A stretch of DNA of 64,000 bases from Octopus vulgaris (Eukaryota), in NCBI GenBank assembly GCA_951406725.2, contig OX597820.1, forward strand, positions 35,712,001 through 35,776,000, written 5' to 3'. This document shows, in pieces, positions 63,463 to 64,000 of the stretch. The notes under the pieces are model-generated. The model had not been told where the DNA came from, searched no databases, and saw nothing but the letters and a program-made list of their open reading frames with translations. Each line of letters opens with the position of its first letter. The stretch's first letter is position 1. Position numbers and translations under genes: made by a program.

Positions 63463-63513
63463 AGCTTCCTGATGATTTCTTTTGAATGAAACAGCTCTAG
63501 TCCTGTAGAAGCT
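63463..63513 (+). ncRNA. Type-I hammerhead ribozyme motif within short inverted flanks between (TA)n tracts
   Basis: AGCTTC-CTGATGA-TTTC(TTTT)GAAT-GAAA-CAG(CTCTAGTC)CTG-TA-GAAGCT: 6-bp stem I, GUA triplet. The first stem II pair is T-T (imperfect). Confidence 0.7.
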
Positions 63514-63528
63514 CCTTCTATAAAATAA

Positions 63529-63585
<57 letters not shown>

Positions 63586-64000
63586 TGTATATATACTTCC
63601 TCATAACTTAGCGGTTCGGCCCAGATCCGATAGATTAAGTAACAACACACACACACACACAAGGGCACGTACTATGATTGTCCCGGATGTCATGCAAAAG
63701 TGTGCATAACTTGTCTATTAAATGATGCATGTTATTCAAAATGAACGTATTGGTAGAATATGTCTTCCTCCACAGGGACTGTTTCACTGCAGTAACTTTT
63801 CTTCCTGCTCTTCGTCATTAATAGTGATTAACTTCAAGAAATTAGATGCAATTATTGGGAATAATAGTCGCATTAATTACACAAGTATGTTATGTTTTTG
63901 CTATTTTATAAATGTATTGAAATATCAATTCTAAGTAGATTTAATTATACATGCGGGAGATGGGGTCATTTTAGGGCGACGTTTACTACTGCGAAGCATA

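Overview
AT-rich, microsatellite-saturated eukaryotic DNA with no host gene I can support. The SINE families and (TA)n/(CA)n/(GATA)n density suggest an octopus (coleoid cephalopod) genome; this is inference. The window is almost entirely transposable elements. The main element is an apparently intact, young Neptune-type Penelope-like retroelement (PLE; ORF 13350-16565, RT + Cys linker + GIY-YIG) between two ~860-bp direct pseudo-LTRs inserted in (TA)n. Fossils include a second Neptune copy, a Naiad-type PLE, CR1/L2-type, RTE, Tx1 and R4/Dong LINEs, mariner, Tc1, pogo(Passer)-like and intron-containing hATm DNA transposons, and three tRNA-SINE families. The most notable pattern is about a dozen type-I hammerhead ribozyme motifs, read by eye, from at least six sequence families. 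They sit in short (TA)n-anchored PLE-end elements that often carry an inverted copy of their own 3' end, and include a recurring non-canonical core (CUGUNGA/CCGACGA plus an extra A) with palindromic stem III. Two SINE families appear to share 3' tails with LINEs present in the window (CR1/L2-type and Tx1). Most short ORFs in the track are microsatellite translations. All calls are by-eye motif recognition; no searches were run.
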